Of a DNA stretch of 64,000 bases, positions 32,343 to 41,717 are shown piece by piece. This DNA is from Nannocystis bainbridge (GTDB taxonomy: Bacteria; Myxococcota_A; Polyangia; Nannocystales; Nannocystaceae), in assembly GCF_028368995.1 (NCBI RefSeq), contig NZ_JAQNDL010000001.1:1888001-1952000 (forward strand), written 5' to 3'. Positions within the stretch are counted from its first letter, which is position 1. Each line of letters starts with the position of its first letter. Below the pieces are notes generated by a model. That model was not told where the DNA came from, did not search any database, and was given only the letters and a program-made list of their open reading frames with translations. Both the position numbers and the translations under genes were made by a program.

Positions 32343-33203
32343 ATGACCGACCCCGCCGAGACCCCGCCCGCCGAGCTCGCGCGCCTGCGTCGGCGCGTCG
32401 CCGAGCTCGAGGCCGAGGCCGCGGCGCTGCGGGCCAGCGAGGCCGAGCTGCGGGCCATGTTCGCCGGGATGACCGACGCCGTGCTGATCGTCGACCGCGA
32501 CGGCCGCTACCTGCGGCTGCCGGAGACCGCCCCCGGCTCGCGCTACAAGCCCGCGCCGGAGTTCCTCGGCAAGACCATGCACGAGGTCATGCCGCCGGCC
32601 CAGGCCGACATGTTCCTCGCCGACATCCGCCAGGCCCTCGGCGAGGGCCGCGTCATCAACACCGTCTACAGCCGCACGATCGCCGGCGAAGAGCTGTGGT
32701 TCAGCGCCAACGCCTCCCCGCTGACCACCAACTCGGTGCTCGTGGTCGCCCGCGACATCACCGACCAGGTCCGCCACGAGCAGGCCCTGCGCGACAACCT
32801 GCGCCAGCAACAGCTGCTGCGCGAGCACGAGTCCGCGCTGCTGCGGCTGTCGGCCCCGCTGATCCCGATCCGCGACGACATCCTCGTCATGCCGATGATC
32901 GGCCGCCTCGACGCCGCCCGCCTCGACCAGGCGCTGGAGACCCTCTTGCAAGGCCTCGCGTCCGCGCGCGCCCGGGTGGCGATCGTCGACCTCACCGGCG
33001 TCGCCGAGATCGACGAGGCCGCCGCCGCCGGCCTGGCCCGCACCGCCCGCGCCGCCGGCCTGCTCGGCGCCCGCCTGGTGTGGACCGGCCTGCGCCCCGC
33101 CGTCGCCGCCGCGCTGGCGTCCCTGGCCATCGAGCCGACCGGCATCGCAGTCCGCGCGACCCTGCAGGACGCCGTCCGCGAAGCCACCGCCGGCCGCGCC
33201 TGA
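32343..33203 (+). CDS. PAS + STAS domain protein (RsbR-like)
   Basis: PAS region followed by LSAPLIPI...MPMIGRLD...IVDLTGV...LLGA...TGLRP STAS motifs. Confidence 0.88.
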   Translation: MTDPAETPPAELARLRRRVAELEAEAAALRASEAELRAMFAGMTDAVLIVDRDGRYLRLPETAPGSRYKPAPEFLGKTMHEVMPPAQADMFLADIRQALGEGRVINTVYSRTIAGEELWFSANASPLTTNSVLVVARDITDQVRHEQALRDNLRQQQLLREHESALLRLSAPLIPIRDDILVMPMIGRLDAARLDQALETLLQGLASARARVAIVDLTGVAEIDEAAAAGLARTARAAGLLGARLVWTGLRPAVAAALASLAIEPTGIAVRATLQDAVREATAGRA

Positions 33204-33221
33204 GCTTCTCGTTTGGAAAGA

Positions 33222-33305
33222 AAGGCCATGTCCTCTCGGGCATGCCCTTGCAGACATGTACTATCGGGCATGACCTCGCGGACATGCCCTTCAAAACATG
33301 TCCGA
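33222..33305. repeat. 14-bp-period RGRCATGYCY array, 6 units with intact CATG cores
   Basis: CATG at 33227, 33241, 33255, 33269, 33283 and 33297. Confidence 0.92.
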
Positions 33306-33316
33306 TTCGCCTGACT

Positions 33317-33790
33317 TCACCCGTGGGCGAAGAAGTGGCGCAGCTGGATGTCGGCGTCGTCGACCGCGCGGTGCGGCAGGTCGACGCGGAAGATCCGGCC
33401 GCGGGCCTCGAACCACGACGACGCGCACACCGCCTTGAAGCCGAACGGGTTGTCGCCGAGGAAGGTCCACGCGTACCAGACGACCCATGGCCAGTCGAAC
33501 GCCGCCGGGCGGGCGATGAAGCTGGCCCGCCGCTCGCGGTGCGGCAGCGTCCATTCGGCGAACCGGCGCATCGCCTCCGCGGGCGGCAGGCCGTCCTTCT
33601 GGGCCCGCGCGAACGACCCGCGGCTGGCCCGCACCGCCTCCCCGATCGGCGCGATCAGGACCTCGAAGCGATCGATCACCCCGCGCTCCGGCGTGCCGAC
33701 GACCGCGCCCAATTCGGTGAGCGAGTGATGGCCGAGGATCGGCCCCGAGGTCTCGACGTCGACCATGATCCACGGTCGGTCGCGGCTCAT
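33317..33790 (-). CDS. DEDDh 3'-5' exonuclease (RNase AS-like)
   Basis: MVDVETSG (ExoI), AAFDW (ExoII), HRAVDDA (ExoIII). Confidence 0.85.
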   Translation of the reverse strand: MSRDRPWIMVDVETSGPILGHHSLTELGAVVGTPERGVIDRFEVLIAPIGEAVRASRGSFARAQKDGLPPAEAMRRFAEWTLPHRERRASFIARPAAFDWPWVVWYAWTFLGDNPFGFKAVCASSWFEARGRIFRVDLPHRAVDDADIQLRHFFAHG

Positions 33791-34362
33791 CGCGGCCTCC
33801 GGGCCCCGCGCGCCGGGATCGCCGCGCGGCCGAGCGCGTACGGCAGCAGGCGGGCGATGTTCCGCGCGTCGTCGATGCCGCGGTGGTGCGTCCCGGTCGG
33901 CTCGAGCCCGACGCGGCGCAGCGCCCCGTAGGTGCCGCTCTGGGCCTCGCCGGCGGCCCGGGCGAACGCCTCCTTGAGGTTCAGGTGGCCCGGCCCGAGC
34001 GGCGCGCGCACGCCGGCGCGCCGGGCGTCCCGCGCCAGTTGGTTGCGGTCGTAGCCGCCCCACGAGCAGAACAGCGCGCCCTGCCCGAACGCGGCCAGCT
34101 TCGGCGCGACCGCGCGGAACGGCGGCGCGCCGGCCACGTCGGCCTGGGTGATCGTCGTCAGCTCGACGCAGAACGGCGACAGCCGTGGGTGCACCCGCGG
34201 GCGCACGAAGGTCTGGAATTCGGCGATCGGCGCCAGCGTGGCCGCGTCGACCAGGACGGCGCCGATCTCGATGATCTCGCTCTCCTCGCGCGGCACGGCG
34301 CCTTGATCGTCGCAGGTCGCCTCGAGGTCGACGACGAGGTAGCGGTGGATGGTCTCGGACAT
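33787..34362 (-). CDS. DEDDh 3'-5' exonuclease (ERI-1/KapD-like)
   Basis: VVDLEATC; EIIEIGAV; FQTFVRP; CSWGGYD; HHRGIDDARN; 4-bp ATGA overlap with the next gene. Confidence 0.9.
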   Translation of the reverse strand: MSETIHRYLVVDLEATCDDQGAVPREESEIIEIGAVLVDAATLAPIAEFQTFVRPRVHPRLSPFCVELTTITQADVAGAPPFRAVAPKLAAFGQGALFCSWGGYDRNQLARDARRAGVRAPLGPGHLNLKEAFARAAGEAQSGTYGALRRVGLEPTGTHHRGIDDARNIARLLPYALGRAAIPARGARRPR

Positions 34363-34419
34363 GGTGTTACGGGCTGCGCGGTGGCAAAGCTTCCTTTCGC
34401 GGCCAGGTATAGTGTCGGC

Positions 34420-35412
34420 GTGGCCGACGAGGGCGGACAGGATTCCGGACAAGCCGCGGGCTTCACCTGGGGCGACCTGCTGGCGGCGCTGATCGAGGAG
34501 CACGGCACGCTCGCCGCGGTCGCGTGGAAGTTGATCGAGCAGGCGCCCGGCGACGACGTGGCGTCGATCGAGCGCGCGCTGCGGCGGCTGCGGCGGCGCG
34601 GCCAGCTCGACGGCGGGATCTGGGGCCAGCGCCTGCTGCGGGTGTTCGGGGTGCCGACGTCGGTCGAGTCGCGGGTGCGCTGGATGGGCCTCTATCACAG
34701 CCCGTTCGGCGACCTGCCGCTGCCGCTGTGCGTCGATCAGCTGCGGCTGTGGGACCGGCCGCCGGTGTCGACCTCGCGCGCGCGCGTGTGGCTGCATCTC
34801 GGCCACGCCAGCTGTGCGCTGCGGGCCCGCGGGCTCGACGAGGCGAGCGCCCAGCTGACGAAGGCCAGCGCCGCGCTGGCCGGCCTGGCCGGCCACGACG
34901 ACGCCCGCGTCGAGCTGGCGCTGGTCCAGGCCTACGCCACCAGCCAGCGCGGCGAGCCGGTCCACCCGGCCCTCGACGCCGCCCAGAAAATGCTGGCGAC
35001 GGCCACGCTCGCGCCCGCCGACGCGGCCTGCTTCCACGCGCGCCTGCTCGACCAGCGCGCCTATCAATGCAACCGCGCCGGCGAGCACGCGGCCGCGCTG
35101 GCGCTGTTCGAGGCGCTGCCCACCATCGATGTCCATCCATTCGCCAGCTACCGCCGCGACGCCGGGCTGGCGTTCGGCTACCTCCGCGCCGGCCGCCCCG
35201 ACGAGGCGCTGCGCCTGGCCCTGCGAGCCTGCGAGCACGCGGGCGACGGCGGCTACACCCGCCTGCGGGCGATGGGCCTGCTGCTGGTCGCGCGCATCCA
35301 GGGCTCGCCCGCGGGTGACGGCGCCCGGGCCCGCGCCCACGCGATCGCCGGGCGCCTCGGCGACCACGAGCTGCTGGCCCGCGTCGAACGCCAGCAGCGC
35401 CGCGAGGCGTGA
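34420..35412 (+). CDS. Hypothetical protein, possible N-terminal HTH and C-terminal TPR-like helices
   Basis: Coding-like composition; helical Ala/Leu-rich repeats; divergent from the exonuclease pair. Confidence 0.7.
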   Translation: MADEGGQDSGQAAGFTWGDLLAALIEEHGTLAAVAWKLIEQAPGDDVASIERALRRLRRRGQLDGGIWGQRLLRVFGVPTSVESRVRWMGLYHSPFGDLPLPLCVDQLRLWDRPPVSTSRARVWLHLGHASCALRARGLDEASAQLTKASAALAGLAGHDDARVELALVQAYATSQRGEPVHPALDAAQKMLATATLAPADAACFHARLLDQRAYQCNRAGEHAAALALFEALPTIDVHPFASYRRDAGLAFGYLRAGRPDEALRLALRACEHAGDGGYTRLRAMGLLLVARIQGSPAGDGARARAHAIAGRLGDHELLARVERQQRREA

Positions 35413-35463
35413 ATCATGGTGACGCGCGCAAGCGCGTGAATCACCGCAGCAGCGAGGAGCGCA

Positions 35464-35751
35464 TCACAGCACTATGAGCATCACCGCGGCGGCGAAGCGA
35501 CGCGGAGTGATGCATACAGCGCCGCGAGGATCACCGCGCGAGGTCGATCGCCACGACGAGCCGCCTTCTCGCTCGCCGTCCAGGAACTCCTCGCGGTCCG
35601 GCCCCTTCACGATCGCCTTCACCTCGGCCGGCCAGCCCTCGAGCTTCGCCTCCAGCGCCGCGCCCTCGGTATGGGCCTGCCGCAACAGCTCGAGCCGGGC
35701 GTCCAGCTCCTCGCGCGAATCGAGCCGGTCGTACTGATCGATGCCGTCCAT
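35464..35751 (-). CDS. Short hypothetical ORF or gene remnant
   Basis: The N-terminal two-thirds looks coding (DRLDSREELDARLELL); the tail is degenerate. Confidence 0.3.
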   Translation of the reverse strand: MDGIDQYDRLDSREELDARLELLRQAHTEGAALEAKLEGWPAEVKAIVKGPDREEFLDGEREGGSSWRSTSRGDPRGAVCITPRRFAAAVMLIVL

Positions 35752-35919
35752 GAAGGCGTTCAGCCGGGCCTGGTACGAAAGAGTCCGCCCCGGCGACGCG
35801 GCACCCGACGGCTGGCTTTGCCACCCGCCCTGCTCCCGCGCCCGTCCTGCCCACTCCAGCCGCCCCCGTGCGCAGCGCTTCAGGCGGAGGACGCTCGCTC
35901 GCCACGAGCGCTCGCGCGC

Positions 35920-37329
35920 TCACGCCAGCAGCTCGGCGTATTCGCCATGATCGAGCCCCGCCCGCCCGAACTCCGTGACCGGCGCCCCGTCCTCGCCGGT
36001 GCAGCCGACCGCGTTGAGCAGCGTGATCAGCAGGCGGTTGTGCGGGTATCGCAGGTCCCACGGGTCCGCGTCGCCGACCAGGTCGAGGTATTGCCCCTGC
36101 TTGAGGTAGCCGCCCGCGCCGCCCGCGATCACCGTCGGCAGGTCGACGTACGAGTGGATCCGGCCCTCCGACAGCTCGTGCATCCACACGACAGCCGAGC
36201 GGTCCAGCACCGTGCCGTCGCCCTCCTCGTAGGCGGCCAGGCGCGCCAGCAGGTGCCCGAACTGCTGCGCGTGCCAGCGATCGATCTGCGCCAGCATCTC
36301 CTTGTAACCGGCCACCTCCTCGCCGCTGTCGTCGTCCTTGGTGTTGCCGTGCGACAGCTTGTGGTGGTTGTATTCGTGATCGATCCCGTCCCATTGATAG
36401 ATCGGCCCGCCCGAGCCCGACGCCCACTGGATCGTCGCCACCTGCGTCGCCCCGCACGCGATCGCCATCGCCAGCACGTCGAGCTGCATGCGCCCGATCG
36501 CCTTGAACTCGGCGTCGAGCAGCACCGCCTCCGGATCGATCGCCGCGAGCTCGGCCGCCCGCGCGGGGTCGAGGGCGCAGGCGATGATACCGTTGCCGGC
36601 CATCTCGAGCTCGAGGTCGCGGATCGAGTCGGCGTGCATCTCGAGCTTCAGCGCGTCGTCCTTGCCGAGGCCGCGCGCCTTGAGCGACTTGAACTCGTCC
36701 TCGACCAGATCGAGCACGCTCTGCCGCCGCGCGGCGATCTTCAGCTTGGCCCCCTCGTCGAGCCCGCCCAGGCCCATGAGATCCTGGTACGTCAGCCACG
36801 GGTTGCCCTCGGGCGTCACCGGCATGCCGCTGCCCGCATACGAGATGTGGCCGAACACGTCGGAGTGACGCCAGCCGACCGACAGCGTCAGCGACGGCCG
36901 CCCGTCCTTGTTGAGCCGCGCGGCCGCGAATTGATCGACGGAGACGCCGCACGCATAGAGCGTGTCCGGGTCGAGCGGCTGGGCGGTGAGCTTGTGGCCC
37001 ATGCCCATGGCATGATCGTTGCCTGCGGTCCCGGGATCGTGCCCCCACCCCTTGGGCACCATGTGCAGACCGCGCGGAATCAACAGCCTGTCCCGGTACG
37101 CGGCCAGCGGCTCGAGCGCCGTGCCCGTCAGCGATTCCACGGTCACCGGGCCAGGCGCCTGCGGAAAGAAACTCTCCATGTCGACGCCGTTGCAGGTGAA
37201 GAACACGACCAGCCGCTTGCCACCGGGCTCGGCCGCCCGCGCCGTGCCGCGCCGCCAGAGCAGCGATTCGAGGCACGGCAAAGCGACCGCGACCCCGCCC
37301 GCGCCTCGCAAGAACATCCGTCGCCTCAT
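35920..37329 (-). CDS. DUF1552-family protein (Tat-like N-terminus)
   Basis: RRRMFLRGAGGVAVALPCLESL; SVDQ; RRQSVLD; TQVATIQW; HHKLSH; EGDGTVLD; AGGAGG. Confidence 0.88.
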   Translation of the reverse strand: MRRRMFLRGAGGVAVALPCLESLLWRRGTARAAEPGGKRLVVFFTCNGVDMESFFPQAPGPVTVESLTGTALEPLAAYRDRLLIPRGLHMVPKGWGHDPGTAGNDHAMGMGHKLTAQPLDPDTLYACGVSVDQFAAARLNKDGRPSLTLSVGWRHSDVFGHISYAGSGMPVTPEGNPWLTYQDLMGLGGLDEGAKLKIAARRQSVLDLVEDEFKSLKARGLGKDDALKLEMHADSIRDLELEMAGNGIIACALDPARAAELAAIDPEAVLLDAEFKAIGRMQLDVLAMAIACGATQVATIQWASGSGGPIYQWDGIDHEYNHHKLSHGNTKDDDSGEEVAGYKEMLAQIDRWHAQQFGHLLARLAAYEEGDGTVLDRSAVVWMHELSEGRIHSYVDLPTVIAGGAGGYLKQGQYLDLVGDADPWDLRYPHNRLLITLLNAVGCTGEDGAPVTEFGRAGLDHGEYAELLA

Positions 37330-37665
37330 GCTGCAGCTCGCTCCGACCGCGTGGGAGACCCGACTCGCACCACCAGCAATGCCCCGAGGGGCCTCCGCCG
37401 GGCGAGCCGCGAATCCGTCGCGGCGCCAATTGACCCCGGCTTGCCGCGTTCCATCCGGCGCTGCCATGAATTCCCGCGCGGCCCGAGGTCACGCCCCGCC
37501 GGCCGACGGATGCCAGCAGAAGCGGCCAGCGACCTCGACGGACGACCGGCGTTCACTTCGTGGGTGGACGCCATTCACGCGCTGCAGACGTCACACCCGG
37601 CGCCAAATCCGCCGTGACATGTGCCATCCATGTCCTATGATAAGACCGTCTCTCAGGCACCCCTG

Positions 37666-38856
37666 CTATCGGCCCGGCCACCAGCGCGGCAGCAGCAGCG
37701 CCACCGCTCGCATCTCGAGCGATTTGCGGACCACCCGCTCGGCCGCCGCCGTCGCCCGCGCGCACCAGCCGGACGCCTCCTCGCCGCGCACCAGCGCCGA
37801 TGGGTCCGCGCGTGCCTCGGCCAGCAGCTGCTCCATCGCCGCGATCGCCCGCGCCAGCGAGGCCGTCGCCGGCGCGCGCCAGCGATCGTCCTCGATCGGT
37901 TGCAGGCCACGTTTCACCGCCTCGGCATCACCGCGACGGACAGCGGCCACGACCGCGTCGATCTGGCGATAGCGGGCCTCGGCCCGCTCCTCGCCCGGCA
38001 GGATGAACGACCCGTGCGGCGTGCCCAGCGTCTCGAACACGTACGCGCGGTCGGACTCCATCTCCGACGTGAAGTGCCAGCGCTGCGCGTCGTCGTGCAA
38101 GAACGTCCAGATGTCGTTGATCCGCATGTCCTCGCCGCGCGGCAGGATCGCGTCGGTGACGAGGCCATAGCGCAGCTGATGATTCTTGCGGTCGAGCGAG
38201 CGGCGGTCCATCAGCACCAGCGGCCGCGTCACCTGATCGAGCGGGATCCACACATTGAGCAGGGCCAGGCGCGAGCGACCATTGCGGCGCTGCGGTGAAT
38301 CGTGGCGGAACAGCCACGGCGCCGCCCCGCGCAGCAGCTGCCGCAGCGGCGTGCCCTCGACGTCCTGATCGGCGTGCACCGCCACCGATGCGTCGTGCTC
38401 GTTCATCTCCGGGTTGGGTTCGCGCGGCAGCGCCATCCCGTTCGGCCCGGCGCGGCGCATGAAGAACCCCTCGCGGGCGATGAACAGCAGCAGCAGGCGC
38501 TCGCCGCTCGCCAGCGCGAACGTGCGGCCGAGCAGGTGGCGGCGGATCTGGGCCACGTCGCCCGGGCCGAGCCGACCGGCCTCGCGCACCCGCGCGAACG
38601 CGGCCTGCAGCGCGCGCCGCCGCGAGAGGTCGAGGTAGGTGAAGCCGTGCTCGCGCAGCTCGGGCTGCAGCCCGCCCGGGGCCGAGGCATCGAACGCCGG
38701 GCAGGTCCGCCGATCGTACGAGGCCGGGTCGGCGCGCGTGTCCGGGTCGAGCGTCCGCGCGCGTCGCAGGCCGCGCTCGTCGAGCGAGACATCCTCGCTG
38801 CGGGTGAACGCCAGCTCGGCGTCGATGGCATGGATGGGGTCGGCGGCGGACGGCAT
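37666..38856 (-). CDS. Putative Fe(II)-dependent oxygenase, AsaB/CmcJ/NvfI-like
   Basis: VHAD (HxD); LNVWIPL; PLVLMD; QRWHFTSEM; TPHGSF; RKSLEMRA. Confidence 0.6.
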   Translation of the reverse strand: MPSAADPIHAIDAELAFTRSEDVSLDERGLRRARTLDPDTRADPASYDRRTCPAFDASAPGGLQPELREHGFTYLDLSRRRALQAAFARVREAGRLGPGDVAQIRRHLLGRTFALASGERLLLLFIAREGFFMRRAGPNGMALPREPNPEMNEHDASVAVHADQDVEGTPLRQLLRGAAPWLFRHDSPQRRNGRSRLALLNVWIPLDQVTRPLVLMDRRSLDRKNHQLRYGLVTDAILPRGEDMRINDIWTFLHDDAQRWHFTSEMESDRAYVFETLGTPHGSFILPGEERAEARYRQIDAVVAAVRRGDAEAVKRGLQPIEDDRWRAPATASLARAIAAMEQLLAEARADPSALVRGEEASGWCARATAAAERVVRKSLEMRAVALLLPRWWPGR

Positions 38857-38939
38857 GCGGGGCGCTCGAACCCAGCTTAGCACCCGCCGGCGACGACGCG
38901 GCCCTGGTGCCGGCTGCGCGGCTGGGGCATCGTCCGCGC

Positions 38940-39722
38940 ATGCGCCTTGCCTTGCCCCTGCTCGCCACGACCCTCGCGCTCGCCGCTTGCCCCGGCCGCG
39001 GCAGTGACTCCGACACCGACGCGATCACGACGACGACCACCACCGCGACCACCGACACCACCGCGACCACCACCGACACCACCGCGACCACCACGACGAC
39101 CACCACTGCGAGCACCGACCCGACCGCGCCGACCACCGCCCTCACCGGCGGCGACGTCGTCCCGTGCGAAGATCGTCTGCCGCCCGCGGGTAGCCCGTGC
39201 GCCGTCGAAGGCGAGGTCTGCCAGCAAGGAGACGACCTGTGCGTCGAGTTCGTCGGCGCCACCTGTGAAGCCGGCGCGTGGGTCCATTTCACGAATCAGC
39301 CGGGGGCCGAATGTGAAGATGGGGACTGCGATCCGAGCAATCCTCCGCTCGAGGGCGATCCGTGCGCCGTCGAAGGCGCCTCCTGCTCCACCGATTGCTC
39401 TGACCAGTGCTCGTTCTGCAACGCCTGGGTCTGCAGCGAGGGCGCCTGGCAACGCGTCGAGGTGTTCCCGGAGCCGTGCCTCGAGTGCGAGGCCCTGTGC
39501 GACCTCGTGATCGTGCCGATGTGCGCCGGCGGCCCGCCCGACCCCGCCGCCTGCGTCGCCGGCTGCGAGGAGAGCAAGGCCGGCGCGTGCAAGGCCGAGT
39601 TCTCCGACCTGCGCGCGTGCGCCGGCGAGCAACCGACCTTCACCTGCGACGCAGCCGAGCGCCCGCTGGTCGCCGGCTGCGAGGATCCGTTCGCTGCGTT
39701 CTACGCCTGCTCGATGCCCTGA
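38940..39722 (+). CDS. Cys-rich lipoprotein with poly-Thr linker
   Basis: Lipobox LAAC; Thr runs; repeated PCAVEG..C modules. Confidence 0.8.
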   Translation: MRLALPLLATTLALAACPGRGSDSDTDAITTTTTTATTDTTATTTDTTATTTTTTTASTDPTAPTTALTGGDVVPCEDRLPPAGSPCAVEGEVCQQGDDLCVEFVGATCEAGAWVHFTNQPGAECEDGDCDPSNPPLEGDPCAVEGASCSTDCSDQCSFCNAWVCSEGAWQRVEVFPEPCLECEALCDLVIVPMCAGGPPDPAACVAGCEESKAGACKAEFSDLRACAGEQPTFTCDAAERPLVAGCEDPFAAFYACSMP

Positions 39723-39770
39723 GGCGCGCGCCTGGACACCACCGCCCCCCCGGGCCACAATGCGAGGACC

Positions 39771-40319
39771 ATGGCCGTGGACCCGACGCGTACGCTCGAG
39801 ATCTTCGTCTCCCCGCTGCGGACCCTGGGATACGCCGCGCTCGGCCTGGGGATGACCGCGGCCTGCCTCTCGCTGTTCTTCATCGCCCCGGCGGACGAGG
39901 AAGTCGTGGCCGCGGCGATCGGCGGCCTCGGCGTGCTGTTCTTCGGCCTCTGCACCTTCATGTGGCTGTGGCAGTGCTTCACCATGGGGGCGGTCGTCAC
40001 CCTCTCGCCCGAGGGCTTGCGCGACCTGCGAGTCGCCCGCGAGTTCATCCCCTGGGCCGCGATCGAGCGCATCTCCACCTGTACGGTGCAGAGCCAGCGC
40101 TTCCTGATCGTCGCGCTGCCGCCGGAGATCGAGCAGCGCCTGACGCTGACGCGGGTGGCCCGCTGGACGCGCGCGGCCAATCGCCGCCTCGTCGCCGACG
40201 GCCTGTTCGTGTCCGCGCACGGCCTCAAGGTCGATTTCGCCGCCCTGCGGGCCCTCGTCCACGCCTACGCCGTCGCCCACGGCGCCTCCGCGGCCGTCGA
40301 CGGCGTCGAGGCCGCCTGA
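39771..40319 (+). CDS. Membrane protein, STM3941-like (2 TM plus PH-like domain)
   Basis: GAGG RBS; two TM segments; GLGVLFFGLC; IPWAAI motif. Confidence 0.7.
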   Translation: MAVDPTRTLEIFVSPLRTLGYAALGLGMTAACLSLFFIAPADEEVVAAAIGGLGVLFFGLCTFMWLWQCFTMGAVVTLSPEGLRDLRVAREFIPWAAIERISTCTVQSQRFLIVALPPEIEQRLTLTRVARWTRAANRRLVADGLFVSAHGLKVDFAALRALVHAYAVAHGASAAVDGVEAA

Positions 40320-40572
40320 GCTCGCTCGCAGCATTGCGCTAACGCGCGTGAGCACCGGTGCCGGGGTCCGTCGCGCGGCGAATGAACTCGGATTCGTGGC
40401 ACGAGACCGCGCCTCAATCAAAGCAGTCGTAGCAACGACCGCGGGCGGGCGCGGGCGGGCGCCCGCCCGCGGGGCTTCCATGCATTGCGCCCACGGAGAC
40501 CTTTTGACCGCACCGGCCTCGCGTGATACCGTGCCGAACCATCATAGTTGCACCGTAGATTCGGAGGCACCC

Positions 40573-41583
40573 GTGCGCAATGACCCCTGGACCCCGGACG
40601 CCCTGCTCGATCACCTGCAGAAGGCCGTCTATCTCGAGCTCTGGACCATCCCGCTCTACCTGACTGCCGCCTATTCGCTGCAGGTCCCGGGCACCGACGC
40701 CCAGCACCCGCCGACGCTGACGCCGGTGCGCAGCCGCGACAACCCCAATCGCAGCCGCGAGCAGCTGGCGTTCAACAACATCTATTCGATCGTGGTGCAG
40801 GAGATGCTGCACCTCGAGCTGGCGGCCAATCTCTACAACGCGTTGTTCGCCGCGCGGGGCCACGCGCCGAGCTTCACGGGCGCGTGGGCGCCGCGCTACG
40901 ACGGGTTCCCGCCGTGGATCGGCTCGACCTTGCCGGTCCAGCTCGGGGCCGCCGACGCGACCCAGATGAAGCTGCTGGCCGCGGTCGAGACCCCGGAGCC
41001 TGCGGCCGATCCGCCGCCGGACGGGCCGCAGGCGGTCTACGACTCGATCGGGCAGTTCTACAAGGCCATCGAGCAGGGCCTCGACGCGCTGTGGGACACG
41101 CTCTACGACCCCGCGGCGGAGCACCGGCAGAAGAGCGAATTCGCCGACCCGGGCTACCCTGACGACGACTACACCGGCTTCAGCGCCGTGATCGCGGGCG
41201 ACAGCGCCACCGCGCGCCGGCAGGCCGACCAGATCGTCGGGGCCATCGTCGGCCAGGGCGAGGGCAGCCGCGGGCCGTTCATCGACGCCGACCTGCGCCC
41301 CGAGGACCTCGACGACCTCGAGGACCGCGTCAGCCACTTCGCCCGCTTCCGCATGGTCCAGGCGATGCTGAAGTTCGAGGGGCCGCTGCGCACCTACCCC
41401 ACGACCGGCAGCAGCGGGCTCGCGGCCGCCCAGCAGCAGCTCGACCTCGGCTTCTCGCGGCTGCTCGCGGCGCTCGAGAAGGGCTTCGCCGGCGCCGACC
41501 CGCTGGATCTGGGGGCGATGTGGGCGCTCCCGGGCCAGATCGTGGCGGTGTGGGCCGCCGGCGGGGTCCCGACATTCCGCTAA
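40573..41583 (+). CDS. Ferritin-like domain protein (VioB C-terminal/IPP dimer synthase-like)
   Basis: GGAGG RBS; LQKAVYLELWTIPLYLTAAYS; QEMLH; ETP; SIGQFY; QGEG; SHFARF. Confidence 0.85.
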   Translation: MRNDPWTPDALLDHLQKAVYLELWTIPLYLTAAYSLQVPGTDAQHPPTLTPVRSRDNPNRSREQLAFNNIYSIVVQEMLHLELAANLYNALFAARGHAPSFTGAWAPRYDGFPPWIGSTLPVQLGAADATQMKLLAAVETPEPAADPPPDGPQAVYDSIGQFYKAIEQGLDALWDTLYDPAAEHRQKSEFADPGYPDDDYTGFSAVIAGDSATARRQADQIVGAIVGQGEGSRGPFIDADLRPEDLDDLEDRVSHFARFRMVQAMLKFEGPLRTYPTTGSSGLAAAQQQLDLGFSRLLAALEKGFAGADPLDLGAMWALPGQIVAVWAAGGVPTFR

Positions 41584-41717
41584 GTCGGCGGCGGCGCGGG
41601 CTGATCGCCGGGCGCCGCCGCGATCGCGCGGTGCGGTCCTTCGCGCTGCTACGATTCGACAGGGCCGATCGCCGCGCGGGGGACACTGTCTCCCGCGCGG
41701 TGCTGGCATTCGCGCTG

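Noticed and set aside
37611-37640. Member of the 14-bp CATG array family
   Set aside because: The CATG cores at 37618 and 37629 are 11 bp apart and do not fit the period.
39020-39110. ACC/ACG-rich tandem DNA repeat (a similar one lies at 18490-18600)
   Set aside because: It simply encodes the Thr- or Ser/Gly-rich linker of a lipoprotein.
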